DNA of 40,669 bases from a virus (taxonomy: Duplodnaviria; Caudoviricetes): the IMG/VR virus record IMGVR_UViG_3300016263_000110, positions 1 through 40,669 of that record; one strand, 5' to 3'. The notes beneath the pieces are model-generated. The model was given only the letters and a program-made list of their open reading frames with translations. It did not search any database and was not told the DNA's origin. Shown one piece after another: positions 17,406-27,423 of the stretch. Position 1 is the first letter of the stretch; every line of letters begins with the position of its first letter. The translations under genes and the position numbers were made by a program.

Positions 17406-18703
17406 TAGAACCTTCCACCAACCATGTCAAGAAGTGAACCAACTAATTCATTTTGAGCACGTTTAGTCTTATCATATCTAGGGTCGTTTTGAATAATTTT
17501 TAATCTTTCAGAAGCAGACATAGCATAAGGTGAACCATCTTTAGGATTAGTTGCAGTAAGAATTGCCTTAAGAGCAGGGTCACCATAATTAATATCTGCC
17601 ACATTTAATTCCAAATAATCAGCAATCTCTGTTTTAAATGGGTCGGCAATATCATCAAGAGTAGCACCAGCATCAAACCTAGCCTTATAGTTAGGAAATG
17701 CTTTAATTGCTTCCTGTTTAAATTGGTTAGCAATATCATCATCTGACATTGCACCAGTAAACTTATTCTTAACTAAAGTCTTTAACTCTTTACTATTATC
17801 TGGAATATTAATACCATAAGATTGTGCTTTCTTACGAATATCCATAGCATAAGTATTTGCTAAACCTTTAAGATAATTAGATTCAAAGTCAATAGAGTTT
17901 GAAACTATCTTTATAAAATCTTCTTGGGTAATATCAAACATTATTGATTGAACAGCAAGATTTTTAATTTGCTTTTCATCATACTCAGCGCCAGCGTCAA
18001 TAAAGACTTGTCTAATCTCATCTTGAATATTTTTTAAATCTCTGTTAAAAGTTGCTGGGTCTTTTTGCCTTAAAGCAAGTGCTTGTCTTTTCTCGGCAAA
18101 AGTAGTCTTAAAAAATTTAGATGATTCAATAGCAGTTTGTGCTTGCGCTGGAGTAATAGTACCATCATTCAATTTAGTAACTAAATAACCTAAACCAGAT
18201 ATTTCAGCAAGAGTTTGAATAAAAGATAAATCAACAGTATTATCAGTTTCAGTATTTAAAAGACCAGACAAACTACCAATAGGTTTACTTCTACCCTTAG
18301 TAGCAAAAGGTTTCTTGCCATTCCTTGATGGAATATTTGTATTATCTCTACCTGCTATTTGCTTATTGTAGGTAGTCCAATGTGTAAACCCTTGACCTTC
18401 GCCTTTACTTTTTTCTTTAGAACTCCAAAGTTTATAAGCAGCCTTAGCGTTAGTTACAGGGTCTAATAATTCTTCATTAGATTTAATACCAAACCATTTC
18501 CTACGTTCAGGACCCATCTTACCAAGCATATTGATTTGAAATAAACCATAAGATAAATCACCAGTAGCAGGATTATCATTAACTGAATCACTATTATTAC
18601 TTGACTCTAACTGAGCAATACGAACCATAGTAGGTATGGCAGATTCAGGGAAACCTGCTTCTCTTAAAAGATTAGCAATTTGTTCTGCTGTATATTGTGC
18701 CAT
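17405..18703 (-). CDS. Internal virion protein with N-terminal lytic transglycosylase (SLT-like) domain
   Basis: IAQLESS...SYGLFQIN...L.DP.TNAKAA...F.HW motifs. Confidence 0.75.
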   Translation of the reverse strand: MAQYTAEQIANLLREAGFPESAIPTMVRIAQLESSNNSDSVNDNPATGDLSYGLFQINMLGKMGPERRKWFGIKSNEELLDPVTNAKAAYKLWSSKEKSKGEGQGFTHWTTYNKQIAGRDNTNIPSRNGKKPFATKGRSKPIGSLSGLLNTETDNTVDLSFIQTLAEISGLGYLVTKLNDGTITPAQAQTAIESSKFFKTTFAEKRQALALRQKDPATFNRDLKNIQDEIRQVFIDAGAEYDEKQIKNLAVQSIMFDITQEDFIKIVSNSIDFESNYLKGLANTYAMDIRKKAQSYGINIPDNSKELKTLVKNKFTGAMSDDDIANQFKQEAIKAFPNYKARFDAGATLDDIADPFKTEIADYLELNVADINYGDPALKAILTATNPKDGSPYAMSASERLKIIQNDPRYDKTKRAQNELVGSLLDMVGGRF

Positions 18704-19992
18704 TATTGTAATACCTCACCTAAAGTATTTGGACGATTACCAGTATTAGCATTTATTGCACTATTGAAAGCGTTACCAAATTGTTGTAAAGCCCAATATG
18801 ATTTACGTTCTGGTGTACCTCTAGTCATCTCTTCAGCCAAGTCTTGAACATCTTGAGCAGAGAAACCACCTTGAGTCATTTGAGTAGTAGTGCCAGTAAC
18901 TGGGTCTTTAAACTCAGAAGTTGTAGTTGGTGCAGCCTTTGCTGCAGCCAAAACTTTTTGAGTAAAATCATTAAAGTCTTGTTCACTAGGTTCAGTATTT
19001 TTATAAGTTCTATAAACATCTTTTAAAGTATCTCTAATAGACTTTTCACTAGGAACAGCAACTGAAGTACCAGTAATAACAGCATCTTGATATGTTTGTT
19101 TTAAAAAGTCTTGCCATCCAAGAACTTCCATATTACCTTGTTCAAGTAGTTTTTTATTAGATACACTAACTTGATTCAACATACCTTCAACAGCACGAGA
19201 TGTTGCTGGGTCAAAACGATTATCTAAGCCTGGTCTAGTTGCTTGTCTATAATCTTCATCAGACATATAACGATTACGCCACAGTTCATCTTTCAAATTA
19301 CGAACAGATGGACCACCAGTTTGTGCTTTATAAGAATAAGTTTTCTCAAACTCTTCAGCAGCATCAATAAGAGGTTTAACATAAAAGTAACCCATACCAC
19401 CAGGTAGAAGAACAGCAGGTTGTGCAACTTCTGTTCCAGTACCAGTTGGGTCGGGTAACATGTATAAGAAAGAAGCATTACCTTGTGGGTCAAATTCTAC
19501 TGAACCTTTACTATTTACTGAAGTAGATGGAAGATAATCAGTAGGTTTAATCTTAATAGTATCAGGTGTAGCAACAGCATTATTTAAAAAATTTTCTGCA
19601 GTTAAAGACTGTTTACCTTTTGGTTGTTCAAGATTGTTTAAAGAATCTTCAATTGTTTTATTTCTAGCCTTAACACCTTCTGCTTGTGCTTTGGCTGCAG
19701 CACCAGAAATACCACCTACGTTCCAATTTTTATTATAGTTTTGTAAAACTTTAGGACTAGCAATAGCATACTTTTTGCCATCTTCTTGATAAAGTTCGAC
19801 GTTAGGATTTAAATATAAATCAACAGAAACTGAATACTTTTCTCTAGGGTCAGCAGGTGCAAAAGGGTTCAGTGTTTGAGATATACCTTCTTTGATGGAA
19901 CGTGTAATAGAAAAAGGAAGTTTAGTTGGAACAAATGTTTTACCATCATCACTTAAAACTAACGTAATCTTATTATCTTTTTTATCAGCCAT
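18703..19992 (-). CDS. Putative internal virion protein
   Basis: 429 aa; coupled within the ejection-protein block. Confidence 0.55.
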   Translation of the reverse strand: MADKKDNKITLVLSDDGKTFVPTKLPFSITRSIKEGISQTLNPFAPADPREKYSVSVDLYLNPNVELYQEDGKKYAIASPKVLQNYNKNWNVGGISGAAAKAQAEGVKARNKTIEDSLNNLEQPKGKQSLTAENFLNNAVATPDTIKIKPTDYLPSTSVNSKGSVEFDPQGNASFLYMLPDPTGTGTEVAQPAVLLPGGMGYFYVKPLIDAAEEFEKTYSYKAQTGGPSVRNLKDELWRNRYMSDEDYRQATRPGLDNRFDPATSRAVEGMLNQVSVSNKKLLEQGNMEVLGWQDFLKQTYQDAVITGTSVAVPSEKSIRDTLKDVYRTYKNTEPSEQDFNDFTQKVLAAAKAAPTTTSEFKDPVTGTTTQMTQGGFSAQDVQDLAEEMTRGTPERKSYWALQQFGNAFNSAINANTGNRPNTLGEVLQ

Positions 19993-20003
19993 TATAACCT
20001 TAT

Positions 20004-23000
20004 CTATAATACATCTCTAGATTTAAACCTAAGCATAGGTTCAAATATAACTTTGTTTGCTTGACTCATTGAACTATCGCCCACACCTAGTTTTCTTAAA
20101 TCATTTAAAGCATTGTTTCTGAAAACTTTTTTACTTTGAACAGATTGAGGTCCACCAATACTTGCTTCATAATTAAAATAATTCATAGCATTATTTGTAA
20201 TCTCTATCGCTGCTTCTAACTTACGTCTAGTCATATCATCGATAGGAGCATTAGGGTCAGCAAGCATTTGCTTTAAAGAAGTAAGCATTGTTTCTTGTTT
20301 AGAAATACCAAAGTCACCTTGCTGTAAAGCACGGTCCAAGAAAGGATTACTAATTCTTAAAGCATCCCTATATTGTTGAGTAGCCTGTTTAATAAGTTCT
20401 TGTTTTCTATAATCAGGTTCAGCAGCAATAGCACTAAATGCTTCATCTTCAGCATCAAAATACTTTTGTCTATCAACAGCAACTTGTACTTCATTTAAGA
20501 AAGATTCTAAATCTCTATTCTTAATCATACCTGCTGCTTCAAACCATGCGTAAGAAGAAGGACTGAAATCACCAGTATCAGGTGCTGCAAGATAAGCAAC
20601 ATCCCCATACTTATTTATAAAGTCTTGGTTACGTATAGTCCAATCTTTAACAGCATCAGTCTTTTGAAATGCTATCTGTCTAACTTTGTCATTACGTGAA
20701 ACAGTGTAAACAAGTCTATTAGGATTCTCTCCAATAAAAGCAACTAATGCTTCTTCATAAAGGTCATCATGTCTAGGATTAGGTGCTTTAGAAATGTTTT
20801 CGTAAAGGTCAAAAAACTCTTGACGAATAGCACCAATACCTACTTCTTTCAAATACCTTGGCACATCTTTAGATTCTTGAACAGATACACCGAAAGGAAT
20901 AGGAGTTAAACCTAAAATGTTTCTTAATGCTACAACATTGTGTGCACTAATTTTTATTTGTTTAATATAATTATATTTAGTTTCAGCATCAGCATCTACA
21001 GGTAGACCATAACCATTTGCTTGGTTATATGCAATTGCTTGATGGATAGCAGTTATTTCTTGTTTTTCTTTTTCACTAGAAGTTAGAACTCTTAAACTTC
21101 TATCTAAAAATACTGGAACTACTGCTCTACGTAAAGTTAAATTATCGCCAATATCACCAAGTAAAACGTTATCTATTCTATCGGCAATAACATCACCAGT
21201 TGTTCCTGGTAAAGAACCAACCACTGCTTTAAATAACCAAACACTTGCACCTGCAAGAGGTCCAGATAGTGTTGGTGTTGCAGCATCAGCAGATAAAGAA
21301 GGGTTAGCGTAGTTTAACTTTAAAGTTATTTCATTAAACAATGGTTGTTTATATGCAAAACGTCCACCACTTAAAACACTCATCACTGGATTAACTGCTT
21401 GGAATATTAAATCATCCATTGGCATAACTACATAACGATTACCTGAAGCATCTTCGTGTATAAAACCACTACCATTTAAACCTAAAGATGCTAAACGCAT
21501 TCTATAAATAACAGGTAAAGTGGCTTTACGTAGACGATACATACGTCTAATAAAGTCCTCAGTTGCACGATAAAAACGACCAACGTTACGCACAGACCAT
21601 GCCATTTGGCTTCGTATTGATGGGTTATCTATGAATTGTAATAACTCCATAGTTGCTTCTTGATTAGCCATTTCAGCAAATCTAGTCTTGGCTTGTTGCA
21701 CAGCCCATTCTTTTGGATATCCAGGATTATTCTTTAAAAGACTATCAATATAATCTTTTTCTGCCTGACGATACACATCTCTTTTAGCAAGATACATAGC
21801 AGTATGTGCAGGTGCACGATGCCATGCTGTTACTTGTTGGTCAAAACGTTCAAAGAACCACTGTTTACCTTTAGCAAAATTAGATGTAGGGTCAGAACCA
21901 GCAAATTCTATATTAGTTCTAAATGGTCCAGAGATAAGATTATTCTCAGATGTTCTTAAATAATCTTCAAAGTCAAGATTACGAAATACATCTTTAACTT
22001 CACTACCTGTTTCATCAATCTTTAATTTAATATAATTAAATAAATTCTCGTTAAATGCCTTCTCATGTCCACCATTAAAGATGTTTTTTAAATCAGCAAG
22101 AACATTAACTATTCTCTCCTGTGCAATTTCTGCATCAGTAAAACCTTGTTTACGTTTAACAACTGTATCTGCTGAACCGTTAATAAAGGCTGTTGCTTTT
22201 CTAGGGTCTGAAATAGTCCAAGTATTATTAACATCAGGGAAAAAACCAACTGAAAGCATTGAATCATCAACAGCATTCTTAATATCTTCAGCAGTTCTTA
22301 AACCATTATGTTTAAAAAATATTTCTGCTGGTTGATAGTAGACTTGTTTACCACGTCTAAAGTCATTGAAACCAAAACGTTTAATGGTTTCCCACCATTG
22401 TGCCCCAGCACGTTCACGTATCTTAAGATTAGAATCAACAACTTTAAAAGTATTACCAATAGTTGCACCTAAAGTTTGTTCAACTCTAGTAGATAAAGTA
22501 TCTGTTGGGTCAATATTAATAACAGCAGCATCAAATTTTCCACCACCAACAGTTTGACCTACAGTTGATGTGTAATTTTCTGCAGCATGTGGGTTAGTTG
22601 ATATTAAATCAAATATATCTTCACGTTGTTGTTCAGTAACTACTTTAAATGTAGACTTTTCATCAACAGCACGTATTGATTCATCAGCAAGTATTGCAAG
22701 TTTCTCTGATTTTTGAAGTTTTCTAGCAGCAACCTCTGCTCTTAACTCATCAGATATAGCACCAGAATAGTTTTTAAACTTATTTCTTAACCAAGATATG
22801 GATTTTGCTGGTCCACCAACAAGAACACCTGCAGCAGTAGCACCAAATCTACCTGCACCTATTAAATAATTCCATAATGCTTCCTTTGGTGCATATAAAA
22901 GGAAGAACATTTGTTCATCTAATGCAGATTTGATACCAAGTTTTGGTGCAAGAGTAAAGAAAGTCCAGTTATCGTTAAAACCTTGAACAGTTTTAGAGTT

Positions 23001-25007
23001 AACTGTGGCACCTAAACGTTTTAATCTTTCAAATTTAGTACCAGTTTTATCTTTAATGAAAGCACCTGACATGAACTTGCCTATTTCATCCCAAGGAAGT
23101 TGTCCAATAAAAGGAGTTTCTTGGTAAGCGTGTGGTGCACCAGATACTGTTTGACGTAAAGGTTTAATTTCTGTTAATGCTTGAGGTCCACCAACAGCAA
23201 GTCTTGTTTTATCGCTAACAACGCCTGCTTCAAGGAACTCTTGACCTATAAAACTTTCTTCTTTAGAAAGCATTCCAGGAGCATTACCGAATTTATCTTC
23301 AAGAACATTCTTTATGAAGACGTCTCCGCCTTCCATTGCACTTACTCCCATTCGGTGCATAATGTAGGCATATAAACCACGTAATGCTAAAACTCTATCG
23401 CCAGGTGTTTCAAGATTTTTAAACATTTGTGCATATAAACGTGCTAAAGGTTTGTTCATTACTAAACCTGCTGTTGATTCAACAACATCAAGTGTTGAAT
23501 CAACACCACCTTCAACATATTTAGTACCTGTTAATGAATCTTTAACTGTTCCATCAACAACACTAATCATTCTGCTGCCAGGATGTATTCTTAGTTTGTT
23601 AACTATTCGTTTAAAACCTTTAATACTATCTTGTGCCATTTCAAAAGAACGAGTTCCTTCGAACTGTCTTAAACTATCAAGTTTATCTATGGCTGTTTCT
23701 GCACCTAATGCAATAGTTTTTTCAAGAAAGTCTGCATTAAATAATTCTTTTTCAGCATTAGTTAATGGTTTATTTTTAGATGCTGCATTCCAAAAATTTG
23801 AAACAGTAGTAAGTACTTTATTTTTAATTTCTCTTTTACGGCTAGCATATAAAACACTATTACCAACAAATCTATCTATGGTGTGTGTTCTTCCACCAAA
23901 GAATAAAGAAAAATCACTCATCTGCATAAAGAAATCTTTAGCAGATTTAGCATCATAAACATTATTGAGTGCTAATAAGTTTAAAGCCTCATCATTATCC
24001 CATTGTGTACCACGAGTAATCGGAAGTATTTCGTTATCTAAAATGTTTTGTCTAGCAACTGGGTTGCCTCTAGCCTCATCGTATTTTTTAACTAAAGGTC
24101 CTAGTTGGTCCCATGCTTTAACAACTGAAGGATAGTAATCGAATGCTTTTCTTATACCATTAACACCTTGTGATGCAAGGTTTGCTAAACGTGCAGCCCT
24201 AGTTAAACCTAAACGTGCAAACGTTCCAATACCAAACGTTGCATATGTTAAAGGGTCTATCGCTATTTGATATTGTAAATCAGCAATACCAGATAAAGTA
24301 TTAAATGCTAATTTATAGAACGGATTATCAGTAGTTCTATTACCTAAAATGTTTCTGGCTAAAGTACGACCAGGACTTAATCTTGCTCTTTGATATTCTT
24401 CAAGTATTGGTTGAAAAACTTCTGGTTTATTAAAAACTAAATCAATAACTTTATTTAATTCATCATTACTTAAACCTTGGTTAGCAATAATTTCGCCAGG
24501 TGTTTTACCTTCTGCTAAACCTCTAGCAACCATACCGATAGTTGCACCATAGTTTTGGTCAAGTCTTTGCATCTCTGATTGGTCAAACATGTTGGAGCCA
24601 TCCCAACCGCTATTCCAAATCTTATTACTTAAATCAGGACCTTGTGATTTTAATTGTGCTACACGACCAGGTGTATTAATAACATTTGAATATTGAATTG
24701 CTGTACCGAAAGCAAGTTTGAAGGGTGATTTTAATAAATCAAAAGCAGTTTTAGCAAGACTCCAGTTACCTGGTTGATACATGTAATCAGTCTTACCAAA
24801 TAAACTTTTTAAAGAATCTTTAACAGTAGGGTCAAGATTTTCGTAAATATTTTGAGCAGACTCTTTATCATCCATGTTTAATAACTCACGATGTTTATTA
24901 AACAAATAAGAATACTGGTCGATAGTGTTTTGAGCAGGTATACTTAAGTTTGCTTTATATGCTGCAGTAGCAAGTGATGGTGAAGTTTTCCAAACTATTT
25001 CGTCCAT
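20004..25007 (-). CDS. Very large internal virion protein (1667 aa)
   Basis: Largest ORF, mostly helical; DPLTY motif; position analogous to podovirus ejectosome proteins. Confidence 0.6.
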   Translation of the reverse strand: MDEIVWKTSPSLATAAYKANLSIPAQNTIDQYSYLFNKHRELLNMDDKESAQNIYENLDPTVKDSLKSLFGKTDYMYQPGNWSLAKTAFDLLKSPFKLAFGTAIQYSNVINTPGRVAQLKSQGPDLSNKIWNSGWDGSNMFDQSEMQRLDQNYGATIGMVARGLAEGKTPGEIIANQGLSNDELNKVIDLVFNKPEVFQPILEEYQRARLSPGRTLARNILGNRTTDNPFYKLAFNTLSGIADLQYQIAIDPLTYATFGIGTFARLGLTRAARLANLASQGVNGIRKAFDYYPSVVKAWDQLGPLVKKYDEARGNPVARQNILDNEILPITRGTQWDNDEALNLLALNNVYDAKSAKDFFMQMSDFSLFFGGRTHTIDRFVGNSVLYASRKREIKNKVLTTVSNFWNAASKNKPLTNAEKELFNADFLEKTIALGAETAIDKLDSLRQFEGTRSFEMAQDSIKGFKRIVNKLRIHPGSRMISVVDGTVKDSLTGTKYVEGGVDSTLDVVESTAGLVMNKPLARLYAQMFKNLETPGDRVLALRGLYAYIMHRMGVSAMEGGDVFIKNVLEDKFGNAPGMLSKEESFIGQEFLEAGVVSDKTRLAVGGPQALTEIKPLRQTVSGAPHAYQETPFIGQLPWDEIGKFMSGAFIKDKTGTKFERLKRLGATVNSKTVQGFNDNWTFFTLAPKLGIKSALDEQMFFLLYAPKEALWNYLIGAGRFGATAAGVLVGGPAKSISWLRNKFKNYSGAISDELRAEVAARKLQKSEKLAILADESIRAVDEKSTFKVVTEQQREDIFDLISTNPHAAENYTSTVGQTVGGGKFDAAVINIDPTDTLSTRVEQTLGATIGNTFKVVDSNLKIRERAGAQWWETIKRFGFNDFRRGKQVYYQPAEIFFKHNGLRTAEDIKNAVDDSMLSVGFFPDVNNTWTISDPRKATAFINGSADTVVKRKQGFTDAEIAQERIVNVLADLKNIFNGGHEKAFNENLFNYIKLKIDETGSEVKDVFRNLDFEDYLRTSENNLISGPFRTNIEFAGSDPTSNFAKGKQWFFERFDQQVTAWHRAPAHTAMYLAKRDVYRQAEKDYIDSLLKNNPGYPKEWAVQQAKTRFAEMANQEATMELLQFIDNPSIRSQMAWSVRNVGRFYRATEDFIRRMYRLRKATLPVIYRMRLASLGLNGSGFIHEDASGNRYVVMPMDDLIFQAVNPVMSVLSGGRFAYKQPLFNEITLKLNYANPSLSADAATPTLSGPLAGASVWLFKAVVGSLPGTTGDVIADRIDNVLLGDIGDNLTLRRAVVPVFLDRSLRVLTSSEKEKQEITAIHQAIAYNQANGYGLPVDADAETKYNYIKQIKISAHNVVALRNILGLTPIPFGVSVQESKDVPRYLKEVGIGAIRQEFFDLYENISKAPNPRHDDLYEEALVAFIGENPNRLVYTVSRNDKVRQIAFQKTDAVKDWTIRNQDFINKYGDVAYLAAPDTGDFSPSSYAWFEAAGMIKNRDLESFLNEVQVAVDRQKYFDAEDEAFSAIAAEPDYRKQELIKQATQQYRDALRISNPFLDRALQQGDFGISKQETMLTSLKQMLADPNAPIDDMTRRKLEAAIEITNNAMNYFNYEASIGGPQSVQSKKVFRNNALNDLRKLGVGDSSMSQANKVIFEPMLRFKSRDVL

Positions 25008-25444
25008 TAAACACCTGGAGCGACATCAGAGGAATTATTAATTTCATTTATAATAAATGCAACAGTTTCATCACTAGCGTATGGAAGCATAGCATTTAAA
25101 GTATCTTCTAAAGTTGGTTTATCTGGTAAAGATAAACCTGTTGGGTCAAAACCTGCACCAGCACCAACTCTTGAACCTTGAGTAATAACTTCGTCAGGAC
25201 GTTCAGTTGGAGAAAAAAGACCAGTAACTTTAGGTCCCATCATTTGTCTTTGAATATCTGAAGCAGTAGGAACACCAGCAGTCTTAGGCTTACCAGCCAT
25301 ATCTGCACTTTGTTGAAGATTTAACAACTCTTGACCTTCACCATAACTACCACCAGACATATATCTGACAGGTTGTTTAGAAACATTTAAATCTGTACGT
25401 TTAGCATCTTTGCCTGGTCCAGATACTTGTTCTCTAATTGCCAT
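25007..25444 (-). CDS. Hypothetical structural-module protein (VSGPG...RTD, YGE, TERPDE motifs)
   Basis: Coupled ORF downstream of the portal gene. Confidence 0.65.
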   Translation of the reverse strand: MAIREQVSGPGKDAKRTDLNVSKQPVRYMSGGSYGEGQELLNLQQSADMAGKPKTAGVPTASDIQRQMMGPKVTGLFSPTERPDEVITQGSRVGAGAGFDPTGLSLPDKPTLEDTLNAMLPYASDETVAFIINEINNSSDVAPGV

Positions 25445-25698
25445 TAGTCATAATCCTCTTCATTAAGTTTGTCATCTAATTGTATGTGTGCTTCGTCAAG
25501 CATTCCTTTAAGTTTCCAAACAGGAGACTTACCATCATCTATGATATGTAAAAAATATTTTCCTTCAGAGTTCATCATTTCAACAACAGTAATAACACCA
25601 GTTGCCATACCACCCATAGGATGCATATCTTGCACAAAAGCATCTAATGCCGATTGGAACTCAGAGACATAATCTCTTCCTGTTCTTTTCTTCGACAT
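25444..25698 (-). CDS. Hypothetical protein
   Basis: CAGGA RBS; fills the gap after the portal gene. Confidence 0.65.
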   Translation of the reverse strand: MSKKRTGRDYVSEFQSALDAFVQDMHPMGGMATGVITVVEMMNSEGKYFLHIIDDGKSPVWKLKGMLDEAHIQLDDKLNEEDYD

Positions 25699-25699
25699 A

Positions 25700-27415
25700 T
25701 TATCCTGCCAATTGTCCTAGTATTGCGGTTAAGTTTGGTACTTGAGGAGCGGCTCCAGTTGAGGGAGAGGGAGCACTCTGAGGGGACGGTTGTGCTACAA
25801 CCTGTTGTGGTGATTCCTCAACTGGAGTAGGTTCAGGTTCAGCAAAAACTTTCTTTGCTGCTTCTTCAATTGAACTACCATTACGCCTTGCATCAATAAT
25901 TTCAGAAAGTTGTAAAATTAGTTTTGCAGGATTTTGTCCAGTTGCAATCATTTCAGGTAATGCTGTTGCACTAGCCTCTATTGCTTTATTTAAATTATCA
26001 CGCATACGTTGAATATCTATGCGTTCTTGTTCTTTAGAAACATTGATTGACCATGGAAGTTCACTCATAACAAATTCGCGTGAAACTAAATCTCCACCAA
26101 GTGCTTGAAGTGAAAAAATTAAAGCACGAGAAGGGTCAAGTCCTGCCATTAAACCGTAACGTACCTCTACAGTGTAGTCACCTTTAATGTCTTTAATAGG
26201 ATTATATTTAAGTTCATATGGTGAACCATCATTATATCCACGAATAGTTTTTTCATAACCAAAAATCTTTTCATCAGCACGCATACAAAGACTAATAACA
26301 TCTTCAAATGTTTGAGAAAGAACTTGTTGACCTGCTTTAATTTGAGAATCAAAAGCACCTAATAACGCCTGGACGCCTTGACCAGTAATGATACTGGCAT
26401 CAATATTGCCAGTTCGACCTTCTGGATATCGGGCACCCAGACGCATTTCCTGTTGCAACACTGCTTGTTCTGTAAATGCTGCGTTCGGTAGTTCGAGCCC
26501 CACTCTGCGTATTTGTTGAGGGTTTTGACTTCTCAACACCGCATCTGGACCGAATGCTAACTCTTGAACGTCATTAGGCAGTGCCAACGGAGCCTGAACA
26601 GATTTCTCTGCTGCTTCTAAAGCAAGTAAAGAAAAACGTGCACGAGCAAGTTGAACCCAAATAACATCATCAAATTGTCCACGCATATCATCATCAATAC
26701 TTGGACGTCGTGCTACACGTACCATCATTTCACCCAAAGGATTAGGTGTACGTTTTAAAGGAAGATTACCTCTAGATGGAACATACAAAACAATTTGGTC
26801 TTTATCTTCATAACGAACCATTTCAACCAAAGCATACAAATCAGCATTCTCACGACCTTTAGGTCCAACTAGTTGAGATTCGTATTCTGGAAACTCTACA
26901 ATTAACTCTGCAAGAGTTTTATAATATCTACGAGTATAAGAAACAACACGATTAAATCTATCAAACTCTGGATATGCACCAGCAGGATTATCTAAACGTA
27001 TACGAGGCTGACTATTTTCTACATCTAATTCTAAAACTATTGGCAAAAAGCCATATGTTAGGTACCAATCAGCCCCAGTATACATTTGTGTTTGTAGACG
27101 TGAAGTGTGAATATAAGAGTTCACAATCATGCTACGTTTTTCTGCTGCAGACTTAGCACGGTCAGAAGACACATTGTAAGTCGTACAGTTGAAACTTGGA
27201 AGAGGTGCAAGTACTTCCGCTAAATCTCTAGCAGCAACATCTATAAAGTTAGCAATCATAGGTGAAGGCATACCTTCAGGGAAGAAATCTGGTGCAACAT
27301 CAGACAGTTGTCCACGTCTAACACTTAAAACATTAGCCATACGTGAATCACGGTCAGCATAACGACGCTTTAAAGCCTCAACCTTATCAGCGATTTGACG
27401 CACCTCAAGTGCCAT
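25700..27415 (-). CDS. Portal protein
   Basis: 571 aa directly after the terminase; N-terminal ANFID and YG motifs, P/Q-rich C-tail; AGGAG RBS. Confidence 0.8.
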   Translation of the reverse strand: MALEVRQIADKVEALKRRYADRDSRMANVLSVRRGQLSDVAPDFFPEGMPSPMIANFIDVAARDLAEVLAPLPSFNCTTYNVSSDRAKSAAEKRSMIVNSYIHTSRLQTQMYTGADWYLTYGFLPIVLELDVENSQPRIRLDNPAGAYPEFDRFNRVVSYTRRYYKTLAELIVEFPEYESQLVGPKGRENADLYALVEMVRYEDKDQIVLYVPSRGNLPLKRTPNPLGEMMVRVARRPSIDDDMRGQFDDVIWVQLARARFSLLALEAAEKSVQAPLALPNDVQELAFGPDAVLRSQNPQQIRRVGLELPNAAFTEQAVLQQEMRLGARYPEGRTGNIDASIITGQGVQALLGAFDSQIKAGQQVLSQTFEDVISLCMRADEKIFGYEKTIRGYNDGSPYELKYNPIKDIKGDYTVEVRYGLMAGLDPSRALIFSLQALGGDLVSREFVMSELPWSINVSKEQERIDIQRMRDNLNKAIEASATALPEMIATGQNPAKLILQLSEIIDARRNGSSIEEAAKKVFAEPEPTPVEESPQQVVAQPSPQSAPSPSTGAAPQVPNLTAILGQLAG

Positions 27416-27423
27416 TAAAACTC

